Assembly: GCA_004022145.1 (NCBI GenBank) | Contig: RCNU01000026.1 | Source: Paecilomyces variotii | Taxonomy: Eukaryota | DNA length: 26,434 nt | Strand: one strand, 5' to 3' | Shown here: positions 22,696-26,434 of the stretch, one piece after another | Layout of the letters: each line of letters opens with the position of its first letter | Position numbering within the stretch: the first letter of the stretch is position 1 | The notes under the pieces: model-generated | What the model saw: the letters and a program-made list of their open reading frames with translations, nothing else | Told to the model about the DNA's origin: nothing | Databases searched by the model: none | Made by a program: the position numbers and the translations under genes

Positions 22696-24306
22696 ATGAA
22701 GAAACAGATCTGCCACTTCCACAGTATCTGCATTCCTCAAACGTCAGAGGATCTGGATCACCCTGCAGATGTCGAATCGCAAGAACGGTTAAACCTGGTC
22801 GACCAATATCACTCTGAGCTGCTAAAGATCAGCCCCAGGGAGACTTGGTCTGGCGATGCTCACCTGAAATCCGTACCATATCCAATTCTCGGTACGGAAA
22901 TCCACCAACGACAATTGTCGACACTGAGTGATGCCTTGGTTTTGGCCATCACCGATATCGTCGAGCGATGGTGGACCGACCCCGCGGCTCGCTTTCCAGA
23001 GCGAATGCCTATTGAACCGGTGGAGGAGGAACTGCTCAGAGTATGTACGACAGTAACCCAGCATACGTGGGTCCACAGTAACCCGGCATATGTGGATAGC
23101 GTTTCTAACAGGACCAGTGGATGCACCATCAAGAGCCTAACATACTACGCCCATTTAAATCCTGTAGTGGATCCTGGCGACCGGATTTCCTGCTTGAATC
23201 ATCACCAGAAGGGCCGGAAGAGACGGAAAACTATCGGATCTGTGAGATCAATGCTCGATTTTGCTGGAATGGTTTCCTCTATACTGCCTTCGGGCAGCAA
23301 GCATTGCTGAATATGAACATCGAAAGTTTTGGGCTTAGGGGTGCTACAGACCCACAGACGGTGAGTATTCCATATTTTGAAGCATAAACTATCGAGCACG
23401 GCTGAAACCTTCTAGGTTATAAGTGGACTTCAAGGTCTCTACAATGCTCAGCTCCCCTTGCATCTGGTTAAAGGAGAAGAGTATGGGTATGACATCCATA
23501 TGTTCGTTTCACTTGCACAACGTGTGTTGGGCATTCGCCCAAGAGTTATTCACCCGCATAGTTTGAGGCTTATGCCTGCTGCGTCTCCAGGAGGATACAA
23601 GCTATATTGCGTAGCAGAGGCTGGTTCCAAACAATCTGAAGTGACTAACGAAGCCGGTGAAATCCTGGAAGAGATTTACCAGCTGGGGCTGGAACTGCAC
23701 CAGCGAGAGCTCCTTGCTATGAGCTTTGAAATGCTTCAGCAGATTAGCCTAAGATGCTTCAACGACATGAGAACAGTGCTTCTTGTTCACGATAAACGTA
23801 TGCTTGGCTTGGTTCAGGAAGAACTTTCCTCCCTAGTCACGCGTAACGTGCTCACACCGCATGAAGCCGATGCCCTGGATCGAGGAATTGTGCCAACCAT
23901 CATTCCAGGATCGGAGAAACTGGAGCGTTTCATCTCGCAGTGCCAGGAAACAGAGTCACTCAAAGACCAGTACATTTTAAAACCAGTACGCAGTGGGAAA
24001 GGAGTCGGGATTCTTTTTGGTGACCAACTCACACATGAAGAATGGATGTCTGCTCTGCATCATATGCAATGCCCTCGGCTGATTCCCAGCAGAACAACCT
24101 ATGTTGTGCAAAAGCGGGTCGAACAGCGAAGGTACGATGTTCTATTTGAGGAGAACGATGGGGTTCAGAGCTTTCCTCTTGTTGGGACCTTTCATATCGT
24201 GCATGGAAGCTTCTTGGGTCTAGGGCTCTGGCGCAGCGGTCCCGGTCGTATTTGCGCTTTGAGCCGTGGAGGAGCCTGGATGTGTTCAGTGATGAAAAAG
24301 GACTGA
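22696..24306 (+). CDS. ATP-grasp superfamily ligase (glutathione-synthetase-like ATP-binding fold)
   Basis: Exons 22696-23040, 23118-23360, 23416-24306 in frame. Motifs WRPDFL, ICEINAR, HDKRML, YILKPVRSGKGVGI, YVVQKRV and GxWR match the RxD / EIN / LKP..GxG / YxxQ pattern of GS-like ATP-grasp ligases. Confidence 0.78.
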
Positions 24307-24975
24307 GCTTCGTGCGTTGGTCGCGCCTGTGTCATAACAGGTACTTTTTTTTGTATTTGGTTTTAACAATAGTTACTATTTAGCATCTTGCAATACAGTA
24401 GTGCATGCCTGGAAGAGACTAGAAAAATACTTCTGAGGCTAAAATGGGGTTTTATACATCTTTTCAGCTCTGTGACAACTTTTTGTCGACATCGACTCCA
24501 ACCAGGAGTACGAAAGGTCGAATCAGTAAGAAAGAAGCCTTTAGTAGCGGCGGTGAACGAATCCGTTTCCCCTCCAGTCCACAATTGCTGTTTATTTCGT
24601 TCACAGGCCTGATATATGACCTGTAAGTATTTGCTAGTCTTCTTTTTCACACATCTTAGTTTTGACTAGGATTTTTCTACTGTCTCGCAGCCCCATCTCT
24701 TGGAACCTCCATTCACCGCACTAGTGGTGCGATGCAATGACGCGAATGCAATACCCACATATTGTATCAGATCCCTTGTTTTGTCTAGTAGCGTATCAAT
24801 AACAATACACGGCCCATCCGTCGTCTACCATAGGTGAATGACCCGATGGGTCCAATGCAGTGGAGCTGAGGCAAAGAGGTACTAAGGAATAAATACTCAT
24901 GGATGAGCTGAATGCAGTATACATAATACTACAAATATCTATCGTTTCATCTTATCAATCAACTCAAGACCTACG

Positions 24976-25892
24976 ATGCTACGGCCACTGCGTCTTCTCC
25001 ATAAGATGTGGCAGCTGCGCGTTCGATCGCCCAGAATCCGTGAGCTATGAACAGTTATAAATACTGTTATTCGACTATACTAACCATGCAAACAATAGAT
25101 TGCCATATGTCTACCGTACCATTCCTCTCAGTGCCAAATCCCGATCTTGCGTCTCAGCCGAACCACCTGCGCATCGTCCATCACACACTTCAAACTTCTG
25201 GAATTCTGCATATTCAACTCGCTCTTCCAGACAAAGACAGTCATTACATCCAGAACCTTGTCTTGGGCCTGCACAAACAACACGCCCACGGATTACCAGT
25301 TACGCACAGTGCTGACCGTGGTTGGATGTGGGACATCCGGCCGAGTCCAGAAAGCTTCCAGAGTAACAACACTCAAGCTCGATCTGAAACTATGGAAGAA
25401 TTCCCCTGGCACACAGACTGCAGCTACGAGGAGTCTCCGCCCCGATTCTTTGCTCTGCAGGTGCTACAGCCGGACCAATGCGGCGGTGGTACCTTGTCAG
25501 TTATGAACGTCGATGAACTCCTTCCGCTGCTTCGTCCGTCGGCCAGACAAACTCTTTTTAGCCCTAGTTTTCGGATCAGAGTTCCACCAGAATTCGTCAA
25601 GGACAAAGGCAAAACTAGTATTGTCGATAGTCTCCTGGCAACCAACACCGGTGGCAAATCTACTAAACTCCGCTTCCGGGAGGACATCGTCACGCCGCTC
25701 TCAGATAAAGCAGCCGAGGCACTAGCGGAGCTGAAAAGCGTCCTACTCAGCTCAGCAGTTAAAGCGCGGATTCTTGACTTAACAGCCCAGAAATTGTCTC
25801 GAGGAGCGATCATTCTCATGGATAATGGGCGTTGGCTTCACGCACGAAGTGTGGTCAAAGATCCAAATCGGCATTTGCGCCGAGTGCGTTAG
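24976..25892 (+). CDS. TauD/TfdA / clavaminate-synthase-like Fe(II)/2-oxoglutarate dioxygenase (possibly C-terminally truncated)
   Basis: Exons 24976-25039 and 25099-25892. FPWHTDCSYE (HxD), GGGTL, DNGRWLHARS (distal His) and RHLRRVR (2OG-binding Arg); ends in TAG followed by in-frame DACQF... to TAA at 25976. Confidence 0.88.
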
Positions 25893-26329
25893 GACGCCTG
25901 TCAATTTGCTTCCCCTTCGCACACTGCACATGCCGGATTTCGGTTCGATAAGGCTGCAAAGTTTGGCGGCCTGTAATTCAAGCGCTAGCCGCTATTTTTG
26001 GGGGGTTCTTTTCGCAAGTCTAAGAGAAAGGGGCAAATCACGGCGCAGGATCGCTGCTACGTATACTAGCGTTCGGGTCGGTCCGCCGATTGTCGATCCT
26101 AGTTATGCAGTGGCTCAAATCCATAGGCTATCTGATCAGCCGGATCATAATTATAGGTGTATTTAGATAGCGCAGTAAATGGCAGGATTATAATAAGACC
26201 AATCCACAGTAGTTATATAGGCGGTTCGGTCTGGTTCTACCGTAGGTACATAGCGGTTTAGTTTACGATATATAGCTAACCTGGATCACGGGACCTCTGA
26301 TTACGGAGCGAAGACGTGCCCGTGCAGCA

Positions 26330-26434
26330 TTAGGGTTTTAGGGTTTTAGGGTTTAGGGTTTAGGGTTAGGGTTTAGGGTTTAGGGTTTAGGGTTTAGGGT
26401 TTAGGGTTTAGGGTTTAGGGTTTTAGGGTTTAGG
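26330..26434 (+). repeat. Telomere repeat tract, T2-4AGGG (predominantly TTTAGGG)
   Basis: Parsed directly: 2x TTAGGG, 9x TTTAGGG, 3x TTTTAGGG and a terminal TTTAGG; the G-rich strand runs 5'->3' toward the sequence end. Confidence 0.97.

Noticed and set aside
1-26434. Transposon, telomere-linked helicase, tRNA/rRNA or CRISPR features
   Set aside because: No transposase, RT or helicase motifs, terminal repeats, cloverleaf or repeat-spacer arrays were recognised; the sequence is eukaryotic.

Overview
Fungal (Eurotiales-like, Aspergillus/Penicillium/Paecilomyces-type gene structure with GT-AG introns and CTRAC branch points) chromosome end, finishing in a ~105-bp telomere tract of mixed T2-4AGGG units (mostly TTTAGGG). 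From left to right: housekeeping genes SYM1 (Mpv17/PMP22, 3' end cut off by the window) and RPS2, then an uncharacterised 3-exon gene. Next is a compact putative polyol/sugar catabolic cluster: an STL1-like MFS transporter, an L-arabinitol/galactitol-dehydrogenase-like MDR enzyme, a divergently transcribed dihydroxyacetone-synthase-type transketolase, and two convergent paralogous fungal transcription factors, only one with a Zn2Cys6 domain. A decayed 180-bp copy of the transketolase and a possible ABM-barrel gene follow. The last three genes form a candidate NRPS-independent biosynthetic cluster: a PaaK-like adenylate-forming enzyme, an ATP-grasp ligase, and a TauD/clavaminate-synthase-like Fe/2OG dioxygenase with a TAG where a Trp is expected. 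Gene models were spliced by eye; family calls rest on recognised motifs, not on database searches.
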